Of a stretch of 64,000 nucleotides of DNA, positions 18,851-29,169 are shown one piece after another; the first letter of the stretch is position 1; the number at the start of each line of letters is the position of its first letter. The stretch is from assembly GCA_016200135.1 (NCBI GenBank), contig JACQFI010000048.1, positions 5,151 to 69,150 on the forward strand. Direction: 5' to 3'. The notes under the pieces are model-generated. The model ran no database searches. It had not been told where the DNA came from and saw only the letters and a program-made list of their open reading frames with translations. Both the position numbers and the translations under genes were made by a program. The stretch comes from Planctomycetota bacterium. GTDB lineage: Bacteria; Planctomycetota; SZUA-567; H5-PLA8.

Positions 18851-19696
18851 CTATGCGGTGGCCAGCATCAGTTTCTTAGCCGTGCTTTTCTTACGCACCG
18901 CGCGGATGTTCGGGCCGGGAAAGAACAGTTCCGACAGGCGGGCGTGGCTCAGGTCGGCGACCGAATCGGCGATGTGGTCCGGGCGGTAAGCGAGGCGGCC
19001 GAGATCTTCGCGGCGCGTGCCGCCGCTCAGGACGAGCACCGTCTTGTAGCCGGCCTGAACGCCGCCGAGGATATCCGTTTCCATGGTGTCTCCGATCATG
19101 ATGGTATCCTCGGCGGCCAGGCCCAACTGCTTCCGCGCCCCGCGCATCATGATGGGGCTCGGTTTGCCCACGCTGAACGCCTTCATGCCGCCGGCGGCCT
19201 CGAGCATGGCCACGATGGCGCCGCAGCCCGGCCGCATGCCGCCTTGCGAGGGACAGTTGGGGTCCATGTTCGTCGCGATCAGCTTCGCGCCGTTCATGAT
19301 CATTCCCAACGCGGTCTCGAACATCTCAAAGGTGAGCGTGCGGCCCTCGCCCACGACGACGTAGTCCGGGTTCTTATCCACAATGGCGAAACCGTTGGTG
19401 TGCAGCGCGGTGAGCAATCCGCCTTCGCCAATGACGTACGCCGTGCCGCCGGGCTTCTGCCGGGCCAGATAGCGCGCCGTGGCCATGGCGCAGGTGAAGA
19501 CGTGCTCTTCCAGAGCGTCGATGCCCAGGCGCTGGAGTTTCAAGGCCACGTCGCGCCGCGTGCGCTGGCTGTTGTTGGTGAGAAACAGGAATGGGACCCC
19601 GGCCTTCCTTAAGTCCGCGATGAAGCGGTCCGCGCCGGGAATCATCTGGTTCCCGCGGTACACGACGCCGTCCATGTCGATCAAGTAGCCCCTCAT
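18851..19696 (-). CDS. HAD subfamily IIA hydrolase (NagD-like)
   Basis: DMDGV, FLTNNS, GKPS, IGDTMETDI motifs; RBS AAGGAGG. Confidence 0.92.
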   Translation of the reverse strand: MRGYLIDMDGVVYRGNQMIPGADRFIADLRKAGVPFLFLTNNSQRTRRDVALKLQRLGIDALEEHVFTCAMATARYLARQKPGGTAYVIGEGGLLTALHTNGFAIVDKNPDYVVVGEGRTLTFEMFETALGMIMNGAKLIATNMDPNCPSQGGMRPGCGAIVAMLEAAGGMKAFSVGKPSPIMMRGARKQLGLAAEDTIMIGDTMETDILGGVQAGYKTVLVLSGGTRREDLGRLAYRPDHIADSVADLSHARLSELFFPGPNIRAVRKKSTAKKLMLATA

Positions 19697-19770
19697 CGGT
19701 GTCTTCCTCCTTGACGGCCCCCGCAACGGCAGCCTCGCGAACGCGAGACTTCCGCAGCAACCCTAAGCAT

Positions 19771-19787
19771 TGCAACCTTGATGCCAA
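19771..19787 (-). promoter_or_regulatory. sigma54 (-24/-12) promoter
   Basis: TTGGCATCAAGGTTGCA on the minus strand, 75 bp upstream of the HAD start. Confidence 0.7.
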
Positions 19788-20118
19788 AGCGTATAGATGC
19801 CGGATTTCGTGCCCGCAAAGCCTGTGAATTGACCGGACAGGTCTTCCTTGAACAGGTTGGTGCCTCGAATTTCACCACGACCCGGCTTGCCGAATTACGA
19901 TTTAGCCGTCCTGGTGAAATTCGTCATACCGATGCCGAAGTTCATTCTTAAAGAAGAATGTACTTCGATTCTGAATTGCGATCAGCGTGACGACTGCGGT
20001 AGCCACGTTGCTCATTTCCAACCCCAAATTCCACACGGAATTGCGTATGAATTCCGAATAATGTTTGGCGTGCGAGGCGAACTTGCGCCCGGCCCGCGCC
20101 TCGAACAGACTGTCTCCA

Positions 20119-21834
20119 ATGCCCTCGCTGCGCCGAAATACGCTGCTCGCGCTGTTGGTGTCCGCGCCGCTGCTTGCGTACATTCTCTATCCGGCCCTGG
20201 CCATGCTCGCCGAGAGCCTCCACGCGCCGCTAGCCGACTGGCGCGCCGGACACGACGGCTTCGACTCCGCGCATCAGCCGTGGGCCGCACCCCTCCGCGC
20301 ACTGCTCTTGGAGAACGGCGCGCGCCTGGCGTTCTGGGGCACGCTCAAGCTCTCCTTATGTACCGTGGTCACAGGCGGCCTGTGGGGCCTGGGACTGGCG
20401 CTGCTCTGGTGGCGGCGCGAATTTCCCGGCCGGCGGCTCTTCGCGCTGCTCGGGTACGCGCCTCTGCTCATGCCGCCGTTGGTTGGCTCGATGGCCTTCT
20501 TCCGCCTGCTGGGCGAAGGCGGGCTGCTCAATCGCGTTTTTCATCTCCCCGGCGGCAAGCCGCTCTTCTCTCCGTTTGAGAGCGTGCTGATCCTGCACAC
20601 GTACGCATTTGGGATCTACACCTACGCGTTCGTCGCGGCGGCGCTGGAGAACCTCGACCACGCCCACGAAGAAGCCGCGCGCAGCCTCGGCGGCGGGCCG
20701 TGGGCGGTCTTCCGCCACGCGCTCTGGCCGGCGATCCGCGCGCCGTTCGGGGCTGCGGCGCTGCTCACGTTCATGGCCGCGGGCGCGTCCTTCAGCGCTC
20801 CGCTGCTGCTCGACACCGGCGGCCACTACCTCACGGTGGAGATCGTTAATGAGAAGATGTCGGGCGATCCGGCGTTCGTCTCGGCGCTCACCGTTCTCCT
20901 CGCTGCGCTCTCGCTCGCGGCGCTTCCTCCTTTTCTTTATTTCCAGCGCAGCGCGCCCGCGGCCGGCGCGGGATTGAAGGGTTCGGCCGTGCGCGCGCTG
21001 TCCCAAGCCGGTCGGCAAGAGGCGGCCTGGCGCGTGGGACTCTCGTTAGCCGCAGCCGCGCTGCTGCTCGCACCGTTGTTCGTGTCCGCGCTAGGCGCGT
21101 TTACGCCCAAAGAGGACTGGTACACAGGCGTCTGGCCGAAGACCCTCGGGCTCGACGCCTTCCGCAGGCTGGACACCGAGAGCCTGGACGCGCTCAAGCG
21201 CAGCGTAGTGTATGGCCTGCAGGCTGCGGCGCTGGACCTCGCGGTGGCCTTGGCTGTGGCGCTGGCCTTGCGTCGCGCGTCCGCGTGGGCGGGGTTCCCG
21301 TCGGAGTTCGCGGTTATGCTGGCCATCGCGCTGCCGGGCTCGGCGGTCGCCGTCGCGCTGCTGGCCGCATTCAACGGGCCGTCGTGGCTCACCGGCGGCG
21401 CGGCGCTTGGGCAGAGCGCGCTTATCCTGATCCTCGCGTACGCAAGCCGCTGCCTGCCGCTGGCAGTCCGGCCCGCGCGCGCAGCGTTGGAAGACCTGGG
21501 TCCCGATATGGAACTCGCCGCACGCGGCCTCGGCGCGAGCCCCCTGCGCACGCTGGCGCGCGTGGTCTTGCCGATGATACTGCCGGCGCTGCTCGCGGCG
21601 GGATTGCTGTGCTTTATCACCGCGGCGGGCGAGTTCGTCGCGTCGGAGATTCTGTACGGTCCGGCGACGACGCCCGCGAGCGTGAAGATCAACGAACTCT
21701 TCCGCAACGATCCGCCCGGTGCGACAGCGCTGGGCCTGTGCCTGATGGCGCTGGGCGCGGCGGCGGTGGGGCTCTCCGGCTGGCTCCAGGCGCGCGCTTC
21801 CTGGCGCAGAACGCCGCGCGGCGATAAACTGTGA
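20119..21834 (+). CDS. ABC transporter permease, FbpB/iron(III)-type duplicated
   Basis: Two EAA motifs (EEAARSLG; ELAARGLGA), many TM helices. Confidence 0.9.
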   Translation: MPSLRRNTLLALLVSAPLLAYILYPALAMLAESLHAPLADWRAGHDGFDSAHQPWAAPLRALLLENGARLAFWGTLKLSLCTVVTGGLWGLGLALLWWRREFPGRRLFALLGYAPLLMPPLVGSMAFFRLLGEGGLLNRVFHLPGGKPLFSPFESVLILHTYAFGIYTYAFVAAALENLDHAHEEAARSLGGGPWAVFRHALWPAIRAPFGAAALLTFMAAGASFSAPLLLDTGGHYLTVEIVNEKMSGDPAFVSALTVLLAALSLAALPPFLYFQRSAPAAGAGLKGSAVRALSQAGRQEAAWRVGLSLAAAALLLAPLFVSALGAFTPKEDWYTGVWPKTLGLDAFRRLDTESLDALKRSVVYGLQAAALDLAVALAVALALRRASAWAGFPSEFAVMLAIALPGSAVAVALLAAFNGPSWLTGGAALGQSALILILAYASRCLPLAVRPARAALEDLGPDMELAARGLGASPLRTLARVVLPMILPALLAAGLLCFITAAGEFVASEILYGPATTPASVKINELFRNDPPGATALGLCLMALGAAAVGLSGWLQARASWRRTPRGDKL

Positions 21835-21964
21835 GACGCATTCACCGCTGAGACTCAGAGGCGCGGAGAAGGACTTTGATTTATAGATTCGACCGGCTGT
21901 AGGGTGCCACGGCTCGCCGTCCGTATGGCGAGCTGTGCCTGGGACTCGCGGTAAGGAATTGACG

Positions 21965-24532
21965 ATGCGTATTCCAAAGAGACTATTCGGCGCGCTGCTC
22001 TTGGCGTTCGCGGCGGCAAAACTTTTCGCCGCCGAGGCCCCCACCGATCCGCCGTTCGAGCGCGGGCTCGACAAGCTGCGCTTGGAACTGATGGCCGCGC
22101 GCACCGGACTCTGCGCGCTGAGCGTCGCCGCGCATCCCGACGACGAGGACGGCGCGACGATCTCCTGGCTGCGGCGCTTCGCGGGCGTGGAAGTCCACAT
22201 GTGTCTCGCCACGCGCGGCGAAGGCGGGCAGAACGAGTCCGGCCCGGAGCTCGGCGAGGAACTCGCCTGGAAGCGCACGCAGGAGACCGAGGCCGCCGCG
22301 CGCATCCTTGGCGCGAAGGTCTGGTACCTCAACCTGCCGGACTTCGGCTTCTGCAAGAGCGCTGAGGAGACGTACCAGGTCTGGCCGCACGATGATGCGG
22401 TGGGGCGGCTCGTGCGCATCATCCGCATCGTGAAGCCGGACATCATCTTCACCAACCACAATCCTGAAGGCCACGACCACGGCCACCACATCGCCACCGC
22501 GCAGATCGTTTGGGAAGCCTTCGACGCCGCCGCGGACGAGAAGCGCTATCCCGAGCAGCTCGATAAAGAGGGCCTCAAGCCGTGGAAGGCGAGCAAACTG
22601 TACCGGCGCATCTGGGATGAAAAAGAGAAAGACAAGATCACCGTGCGCTTCGACGTCTCGCAGCGCGACCCGTCCTCCGGCTATTCGCCGGCGGAGATCG
22701 CCGCGTGGGCGCTCGAGCGGCACGTCACGCAGGGCATGAAGCGCGACGTGAAACCGGGCGAGAAGGTGGAGCGGACGTTTGAGTTGGCGAAAGCTGCCAC
22801 CAGCCCTTTCTATAAAGATACGCCCAACGAGAAGGATTTCTTATCTGGTTTTTCTGAAGATTCTGGATTCTACGTAAAGGCTGAAAATGGAATTATTGAC
22901 TTTCGGAAATACACAAATCAAGCCGATTCAGAACTAGCCGCATACGGATTGATGGGATTACATGATGCGAAGAAAAGTATTGCCAGCACTCCTGTTAATG
23001 AGTTCGAGCTTAAGTCACACTTATATCGCTCATTAATTCATGCTCAAGAAATCATTCAATTGGGCCTAGGTACCTTGATCACTGTCCAAACCACAAATTC
23101 CATTACAGTTCATGACGAAGAGGTAACGATCACTGTCCGATTCGCAAATACCGGAGTAGTACCGGTGAAACTCGATAGTTGGAGCCTAGTCAGTGAACCT
23201 GGCTGGGAACTGGGCTCGCTCGAATTGCCCAAAGAAGCAGTTAAGCCTGGTGGCGTTTATGAAGCCACAACCAAGATTAAGGCCACGGACAAAGCGATTC
23301 CCAACTTCCCGCCGGAAAAATACTTAGACTTGCGCTTCAATTCGCGCCCACCGGTTCAGATTGTGGCTACAATCAAAGCTGCTGACGAACAAGTAGCGCG
23401 TGAATTTTCATGCATGTTGCCCAAAGCCAATGTTCCCATACACCTCGCCCCGCCCTACGAGGTCCGCTTCGCGCACGACCCGTATCTCGTCTTCGACGAT
23501 CCGGACCGCGAGGGCAAGGAAGCGATCACCTGTCGGGCGAAGCTGCTCGTCACCAACCACCGCCGCGAGCCCTGGACGCTCTTCGTCAAGCCGCAGGAGA
23601 ACCCGCGCTTCATGGCGCAGCAGGCCGGCAAGACCGCGGGCGCGAAGCTTGCATTCAAGCATGAAGGCGAGGTGCTCAGCGCTGAGATTTCCTTCACGGT
23701 GACGTCCGGCGAACTCGAAAAGGGCGACCTGGCGGTAACGGCGCTGCTCTTTAAGCAGGGCGACGCGTTCTCCGTGCCGGTCACCACGCGCTTCCGCCGC
23801 GTGCCGGTCAAACTGCCCTCGCCGCTGAACGTCGGCATCGTGCGCACCTACGATACCGCGACGTGGGACGCCCTGAAGCTCATGGCCGGCCAGATCTCCG
23901 GCATGTCACTGCTCGAACTTACGCCCGAAGACCTTCAGGAGAACGACCTCGCGCCGCTGCACACGATCGTGCTCGATCTGCGGGCCACGCAGTACCGGCC
24001 CGACGTGCTGCGCAACCGCGAGCGCTTGCGCAAGTTCATGGAGGACGGCGGCAACGTCGTCTGCCTCTACCACAAGGACTTCGACTGGAACGAGCCCGAC
24101 GAGGCCGCGCGCGGGCGCGGGTTCTTCCGCGGCCAGGGCGGCGGCGGCGCGGTCGCCCCCTTCCCCATCACACTTTCCTTTAACCGAGTGACGCACGAGG
24201 AAGCCGCGGTTAAGCTGCTCCAGCCCGCGCATCCGCTGCTCTCGCGGCCGTGCAAAATCTGGGAGGCCGACTTCGCCGGCTGGGTGCAGGAACGCGGCGT
24301 CTATTTCCCCTCGAAATGGGACGAGAAATACACGCCGCTGCTCTCCAGCAGCGACCCCGGCGAACCGGCGCTCGACGGTGGATTGCTTGTCACGGACCTC
24401 GGCAGCGGCAACAAAGGCAGCTTCATCTACACGAGCTACGTCTGGTACCGGCAGTTGCGTGCGGGCGTCCCCGGCGCGTACCGCATGCTTGCGAACCTGA
24501 TCGCGTACCCGCGCGTGAAAAACGAGAAGTAA
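21965..24532 (+). CDS. Secreted PIG-L/LmbE-family deacetylase with C-terminal glutamine-amidotransferase-like domain
   Basis: AHPDDED, TRGEGGQN, HGHH, GWVQERG, RQLRAGVPGAYR motifs. Confidence 0.88.
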   Translation: MRIPKRLFGALLLAFAAAKLFAAEAPTDPPFERGLDKLRLELMAARTGLCALSVAAHPDDEDGATISWLRRFAGVEVHMCLATRGEGGQNESGPELGEELAWKRTQETEAAARILGAKVWYLNLPDFGFCKSAEETYQVWPHDDAVGRLVRIIRIVKPDIIFTNHNPEGHDHGHHIATAQIVWEAFDAAADEKRYPEQLDKEGLKPWKASKLYRRIWDEKEKDKITVRFDVSQRDPSSGYSPAEIAAWALERHVTQGMKRDVKPGEKVERTFELAKAATSPFYKDTPNEKDFLSGFSEDSGFYVKAENGIIDFRKYTNQADSELAAYGLMGLHDAKKSIASTPVNEFELKSHLYRSLIHAQEIIQLGLGTLITVQTTNSITVHDEEVTITVRFANTGVVPVKLDSWSLVSEPGWELGSLELPKEAVKPGGVYEATTKIKATDKAIPNFPPEKYLDLRFNSRPPVQIVATIKAADEQVAREFSCMLPKANVPIHLAPPYEVRFAHDPYLVFDDPDREGKEAITCRAKLLVTNHRREPWTLFVKPQENPRFMAQQAGKTAGAKLAFKHEGEVLSAEISFTVTSGELEKGDLAVTALLFKQGDAFSVPVTTRFRRVPVKLPSPLNVGIVRTYDTATWDALKLMAGQISGMSLLELTPEDLQENDLAPLHTIVLDLRATQYRPDVLRNRERLRKFMEDGGNVVCLYHKDFDWNEPDEAARGRGFFRGQGGGGAVAPFPITLSFNRVTHEEAAVKLLQPAHPLLSRPCKIWEADFAGWVQERGVYFPSKWDEKYTPLLSSSDPGEPALDGGLLVTDLGSGNKGSFIYTSYVWYRQLRAGVPGAYRMLANLIAYPRVKNEK

Positions 24533-24534
24533 CC

Positions 24535-24846
24535 ATGACCGAACCGCCCGAAAATTCCAGCAAGCCGAACCCGCAAAAGTTGCCGTTTACCGAATCCAAA
24601 CAGCGGATGCATGTTTTGCTAGGCGGAACCGCGATCGCTTGGGCGCTCGTAGTGGCGGATCGGATCTGGATGGATTCGGAGCCTTTCGTGTTAACGATGT
24701 ATGGTGGAGTCTTCCTTCTAATGAGTATTCTGATTTCGGTGCTGGACTACCAAGGCTATCCACATTTCACGCTCTCGAAGCTGTACGTGGTCTTCATCGG
24801 AGTGTCCGTCTTTCTTGGTCTGGCCTTGTGGGGACGGAAACCATGA
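24535..24846 (+). CDS. Small membrane protein (low GC)
   Basis: Three hydrophobic segments; starts 2 nt after the upstream stop. Confidence 0.6.
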   Translation: MTEPPENSSKPNPQKLPFTESKQRMHVLLGGTAIAWALVVADRIWMDSEPFVLTMYGGVFLLMSILISVLDYQGYPHFTLSKLYVVFIGVSVFLGLALWGRKP

Positions 24847-25172
24847 CCCCCGGCCAGCGCCGCGCGTTCTGGGCCTGCGGTTTCGCGATGGCCTATATCT
24901 TCTTTTACGAGGCGCGCGGCGTCTCGCTGGTCTGGCACGAGAACGCGCCGCAGCTCGCTTCGTCCGAAGCCGCGCGCCGGCATTTCTGGGAACAGATCGC
25001 CTGGGGCTCCGCCTTTCTATTCGGCGTCGGCCTGCTCACCGTGCTGCTCCGCCGCCGCGACGGCAAAGCACCCTACCTGCTCGGCGACTGGATCGCGCTC
25101 GCGGCGGCGCTGGGCGTGCTCGCGGGCACGGCTTACCAGGGCTTCGCTGCGGTAACGGGCCTCGCGCCATGA
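24843..25172 (+). CDS. Small membrane protein
   Basis: Three TM-like segments; ATGA overlaps with neighbours on both sides. Confidence 0.65.
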   Translation: MTPGQRRAFWACGFAMAYIFFYEARGVSLVWHENAPQLASSEAARRHFWEQIAWGSAFLFGVGLLTVLLRRRDGKAPYLLGDWIALAAALGVLAGTAYQGFAAVTGLAP

Positions 25173-27046
25173 CGGCCAAGCAGTCGCCTGCGCGCGGCGC
25201 AACAACGGCGCCCCCCGACCTGCCAGGCGCGCTCAAGCGCCACTTCGGCTTCTCGGCCTTCCGGCCGCACCAGGAAGAGATCATCCGCGATGCGCTCGCC
25301 GGGCGCGACGTCTTCGCGCTGCTGCCGACCGGCGGCGGAAAATCGCTCTGCTTTCAGTTGCCCGCGATCCTGCGCAAGGGCCTTACCGTGGTCGTCTCGC
25401 CGCTGATTGCGCTGATGAAGGACCAGGTGGACGCGCTCCAGGCCAACGGCATCGCCGCCACGTTCCTCAATTCCACGCTCCAGCCCGAGGACGCCCGTGC
25501 GCGCCTGCGCGGCGTTTACGAAGGCCGCTATCGCCTCCTGTACGCTGCGCCCGAACGCATCATGCTCGATGGATTCCAGAGCGCGCTCGCACAGTGGAAT
25601 GTCGAGGCCATCGCCGTCGACGAAGCGCACTGCATCAGCGAATGGGGCCACGATTTCCGGCCCGAATACCGGAAACTGGCCCAGCTCCGCGAGGTCCTGC
25701 CGAACGTTCCACTGATGGCGCTCACCGCCACCGCGACCGAGCGCGTCCGCGCGGACATCGTGAAGCATCTGCATCTGCGCGATCCCGCGCGCTACGTCGC
25801 GAGCTTCAACCGTCCCAATCTGGCGTACCGCGTCGAGCCCAAGGAGAAAGGCTTCGCGAAACTGCTCGCGTTCGTGAAGGAACGCAAGAACGAGAGCGGC
25901 ATCGTCTACTGCCAGAGCCGCAAGAGCGCCGAGGGCCTGGCCGAGAAGTTGCGCGCCGCCGGGGTGCTCGCACTGCCCTACCACGCCGGGATGGAAGCGC
26001 CGGACCGTTCGCGCAACCAGGACCAGTTTCTGCGCGACGACGCGCGCGTGATCTGCGCGACCATCGCCTTTGGGATGGGCATCAACAAGTCCAACGTCCG
26101 CTACATCGTCCACTACGACCTGCCCAAGAACATCGAGGGTTATTATCAGGAGACCGGCCGCGCTGGCCGCGACGGCCTGCCCAGCGAGTGCCTGCTGCTC
26201 TTCAGCGCCGGCGACGCGGTGAAGCAGGAGCGCTTCATCGACGAGAAGCCGGACCCGCGTGAACAGGAGAACGCGCGCCGCCAACTGCGGCAGATGCTCG
26301 ATTACTCCGAATCCCGCGCCTGCCGGCGCGCGGCGCTGCTGGCGTATTTCGGCGAGACCTGGACGCAGGTCCCCTGCGGCGGCTGCGACAACTGCCTCGA
26401 ACCGCGCGGCACCTACGACGGCACGCTCGACGCACAGAAGTTTCTGTCGTGCGTCTACCGCATCCGCGAACGCCACAGCACCTTTGGGTTCTCAGTTAAA
26501 TACGTGGCGGATGTGCTGACCGGCGCCGAGAGCGACCTTATCCTCGGCTGGCAGCACCATACGCTCTCGACGTACGGCATCGGCCGCGAACGCAGCGTGA
26601 AGGAGTGGCAGGCCATCGGGCGCGAACTGGCCGCGCTCGGACTGCTGCTCCAATCGTCGGAAGGCCGCTACACGCGGCTGGAACTGACGCCGTCGGGCCG
26701 CGAGGCGCTCACCAAGCGCAAGCCGGTCCAGCTCACAAAGCCCGTCGAAGCGCGAAAGAGTTCCTCGGCCAAGCACAAAGGTCCGGCCGAGTTCGACGAG
26801 GACCTGTTCGAGTCCCTGCGCGCGCTGCGCAAGCGCCTCGCGGACGAGCGCAGCGTGCCCGCGTACATCGTCTTCTCCGACGCCACGCTGCGCGCGATGG
26901 CGCGCGCGTACCCGCAAAGCGAGGCCGACCTTATCGGGATCCCCGGCATCGGCGAAAAGAAGCGCGCGGAGTTTGGTGCGACCTTTGTCAAAACCATTCG
27001 CGAGCACCTGGAGCGGCACCAGCGTCAGACCTTCCGTTCGAGCTGA
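25169..27046 (+). CDS. recQ: DNA helicase RecQ
   Basis: PTGGGKSLC, DEAHCISEWGHDFRP, QETGRAGRDG, RQC Cys cluster, HRDC domain. Confidence 0.96.
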   Translation: MTAKQSPARGATTAPPDLPGALKRHFGFSAFRPHQEEIIRDALAGRDVFALLPTGGGKSLCFQLPAILRKGLTVVVSPLIALMKDQVDALQANGIAATFLNSTLQPEDARARLRGVYEGRYRLLYAAPERIMLDGFQSALAQWNVEAIAVDEAHCISEWGHDFRPEYRKLAQLREVLPNVPLMALTATATERVRADIVKHLHLRDPARYVASFNRPNLAYRVEPKEKGFAKLLAFVKERKNESGIVYCQSRKSAEGLAEKLRAAGVLALPYHAGMEAPDRSRNQDQFLRDDARVICATIAFGMGINKSNVRYIVHYDLPKNIEGYYQETGRAGRDGLPSECLLLFSAGDAVKQERFIDEKPDPREQENARRQLRQMLDYSESRACRRAALLAYFGETWTQVPCGGCDNCLEPRGTYDGTLDAQKFLSCVYRIRERHSTFGFSVKYVADVLTGAESDLILGWQHHTLSTYGIGRERSVKEWQAIGRELAALGLLLQSSEGRYTRLELTPSGREALTKRKPVQLTKPVEARKSSSAKHKGPAEFDEDLFESLRALRKRLADERSVPAYIVFSDATLRAMARAYPQSEADLIGIPGIGEKKRAEFGATFVKTIREHLERHQRQTFRSS

Positions 27047-27061
27047 CCGGCCACGCCGCGC

Positions 27062-27895
27062 TCACACCGAGCGCCGGAATGCTCCGGGCGTCATGCCCGT
27101 CTCCTGTTTGAACTGCCGGCAAAAAAAGTAGAGGTCGCAGTAGCCCAGTCGCCCGGCCACCGCCTTAAGCGGGTAACGCCCTTCCGCGAGCAGCGTCTTG
27201 GCGCGGTCGATGCGGCGGCGCACGCGGAACTTCGCCGGCGGCATGCCCACCTCCTGCGCAAAACGCTTGCGAAAACGTTCGTAGCCCATCTCAAGCCGCC
27301 GCGCGACCGCGCGCAGATCGCAGGGCTCGGCGAGATTCTCCTCGATCAGCGCGCAGGCGCGCGCGGCGAACGGCTCGGCGCCACCCGAGGCCTCACGATG
27401 CGCGGCCGCGAGTTCCGCCAGAAGCAGGTGCACGCGAGCGGTCAGCGCCGCCGGATCGGGCGCGCGTTCGCGAGTGAAGTCCTGGATCAAGCGATCGAAG
27501 GCCGCCACGAGCGGCGGCCGGAGCCCCGGCGAGAGCACCGGCCGGTCGCGCGAGATCAGGCCGTCGCGCTCCAACTGTTCGAAGACCCCGCCGGTGAACA
27601 TGAGGAAGCACTCGTTCCAGAGCGGCGACGCGCCGCGGTAATAGCTGTGTTGCAGTCCGGGGAAGAGCACCAAACAGTCGCCCGCGCACACGGGCCGCTC
27701 GCCCTTCGCGTCGGCGTAATGGCCGCCTCCGCCCAGCACATAGACGAGCGCATAGACCTTCAGCGTCCGATTGCGGACCTCGTGAGGCGGTCCTTTCTCG
27801 AAGATGTATCCCGCGCCGGTAAGCCCGGTGCCGCCGAGGCTAAGGGCCTCGCGGAAGAGGATGCGGCTTACCGCTTTAGCTCGAAGCCTTTTCAT
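27062..27895 (-). CDS. AraC-family transcriptional regulator
   Basis: Cupin N-terminus; C-terminal double HTH (LGYCDLYFFCRQFKQETGMTP). Confidence 0.9.
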   Translation of the reverse strand: MKRLRAKAVSRILFREALSLGGTGLTGAGYIFEKGPPHEVRNRTLKVYALVYVLGGGGHYADAKGERPVCAGDCLVLFPGLQHSYYRGASPLWNECFLMFTGGVFEQLERDGLISRDRPVLSPGLRPPLVAAFDRLIQDFTRERAPDPAALTARVHLLLAELAAAHREASGGAEPFAARACALIEENLAEPCDLRAVARRLEMGYERFRKRFAQEVGMPPAKFRVRRRIDRAKTLLAEGRYPLKAVAGRLGYCDLYFFCRQFKQETGMTPGAFRRSV

Positions 27896-28042
27896 GTCCC
27901 CGCATCCCCATAATGACCATATAACACAAATAATTGCCCAGCCGCTCCATTGCACGCATTCATATACTATTGTCTAATCTCGTAAAGCGCTGAACAGCAC
28001 GTCCGGCGCATACCAGGAAGCACAAGTACGAGGAGACCCGCC

Positions 28043-28837
28043 ATGCTCGACACGATTAGCGACCGCGACATCGCCTTCTACCATCGCAACGGGTACTACG
28101 TGCGCGAAGGCTTCCTTGACGCGGCGGATCTTGAAGAATGGCGCGCGGCGGTAGATGAGGCCGTCTTCAAGCGCACGGGCCAAGACAAGCGCACGATGGC
28201 CGAGAAGACCGACTGGGAGAAAGCGCTCAAGCAGGTGATGAATCTCTGGAAGGACAACCCGCCCATGCGTAAGCTGATGCTGGACGAACGCCTGGGCAAG
28301 GCCGCCGCGCGGCTGGCGGGCGTGGATGGCATTCGCATCTTCCACGATCAGGCGCTGATCAAGGATCCGGGCGGGCGGCCGACGGTCTGGCACCAGGACC
28401 TGCCGTACTGGTCGTTCACGCACCGCGCGGCGATCTCGATCTGGGTCGCGCTCGACGACGCCACCGAAGAGAACGGTTGCCTCTGGTACATGCCCGGCAG
28501 CCAGAACACGGAGCTCGGCGCGGGCGTGGACCTGGGCAAGAACGACGACATCCGCGAGAAAGTTCCGCAGCTCCGCTGTCTCTCGGCCGCAAGAGTTCCG
28601 GTGAAGGCGGGCACGGCGATCTGGCACAACGGGCTGACGTACCACTACGCGGGCCCGAACCGCACCGAGAAGTCGCGACGCGCGATGACCTGCGCCTACA
28701 TGCCGGACGGCGCGGTCTGCAACGGCCGTTACCACGGCATCCAGGGAGACTTCAAGCCTGCCGCGGGCGAACTCATGGACCGCGACGACGTCTTGCCACT
28801 GATCTATTCGGAGAAGCGCGTTGCCGCGCTCGCGTGA
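28043..28837 (+). CDS. Phytanoyl-CoA dioxygenase (PhyH) family protein
   Basis: WHQD, WVALDDATEENGCL, H...N...RR motifs; divergent from AraC. Confidence 0.9.
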   Translation: MLDTISDRDIAFYHRNGYYVREGFLDAADLEEWRAAVDEAVFKRTGQDKRTMAEKTDWEKALKQVMNLWKDNPPMRKLMLDERLGKAAARLAGVDGIRIFHDQALIKDPGGRPTVWHQDLPYWSFTHRAAISIWVALDDATEENGCLWYMPGSQNTELGAGVDLGKNDDIREKVPQLRCLSAARVPVKAGTAIWHNGLTYHYAGPNRTEKSRRAMTCAYMPDGAVCNGRYHGIQGDFKPAAGELMDRDDVLPLIYSEKRVAALA

Positions 28838-28849
28838 AGCACCCGGCGC

Positions 28850-29152
28850 TCAGGACGTCAGCATGCGCGCGAGCAGCAGCGTGCCGAGCAGGATAAAGAA
28901 GACCAAGCCGAGAATGTTCAGCGCCTTGCTGAACCAGTCGCTGTTGATCTTGGCGCGGAAGACCCGCCACCAGCCCCAGCCGTAGCAACTCATCCCGGCC
29001 GCGGCCAGCGTGATGCAGGCCCAGGCCGGGAAGCCTTCGACCTTCTGATAAAGCAGAGTGGCGCCGAAGAAGATCGCGATGCCGGCTATCATCCGGCGTA
29101 CCGCACCCTCGCCTTGCGGCTTTACGGGCGCATCGGGCGAGGCATCGCTCAT
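28850..29152 (-). CDS. Small membrane protein
   Basis: MSDASPDAP...; three TM segments; downstream of glyQS. Confidence 0.65.
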   Translation of the reverse strand: MSDASPDAPVKPQGEGAVRRMIAGIAIFFGATLLYQKVEGFPAWACITLAAAGMSCYGWGWWRVFRAKINSDWFSKALNILGLVFFILLGTLLLARMLTS

Positions 29153-29169
29153 GGCAGGGGTACAGTCGG

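Noticed and set aside
18656-19612. 318-aa + strand ORF
   Set aside because: Antisense to the HAD gene and runs through the sigma54 promoter region
20119-21834. ABC permease without ATPase or binding protein
   Set aside because: Dispersed ABC components are common; partners may be elsewhere in the genome
22770-23445. Intein, intron or DGR variable region as the cause of the AT-rich patches
   Set aside because: No intein C1/HN-C motifs, no reverse transcriptase, and no template repeat differing only at adenines seen in the window
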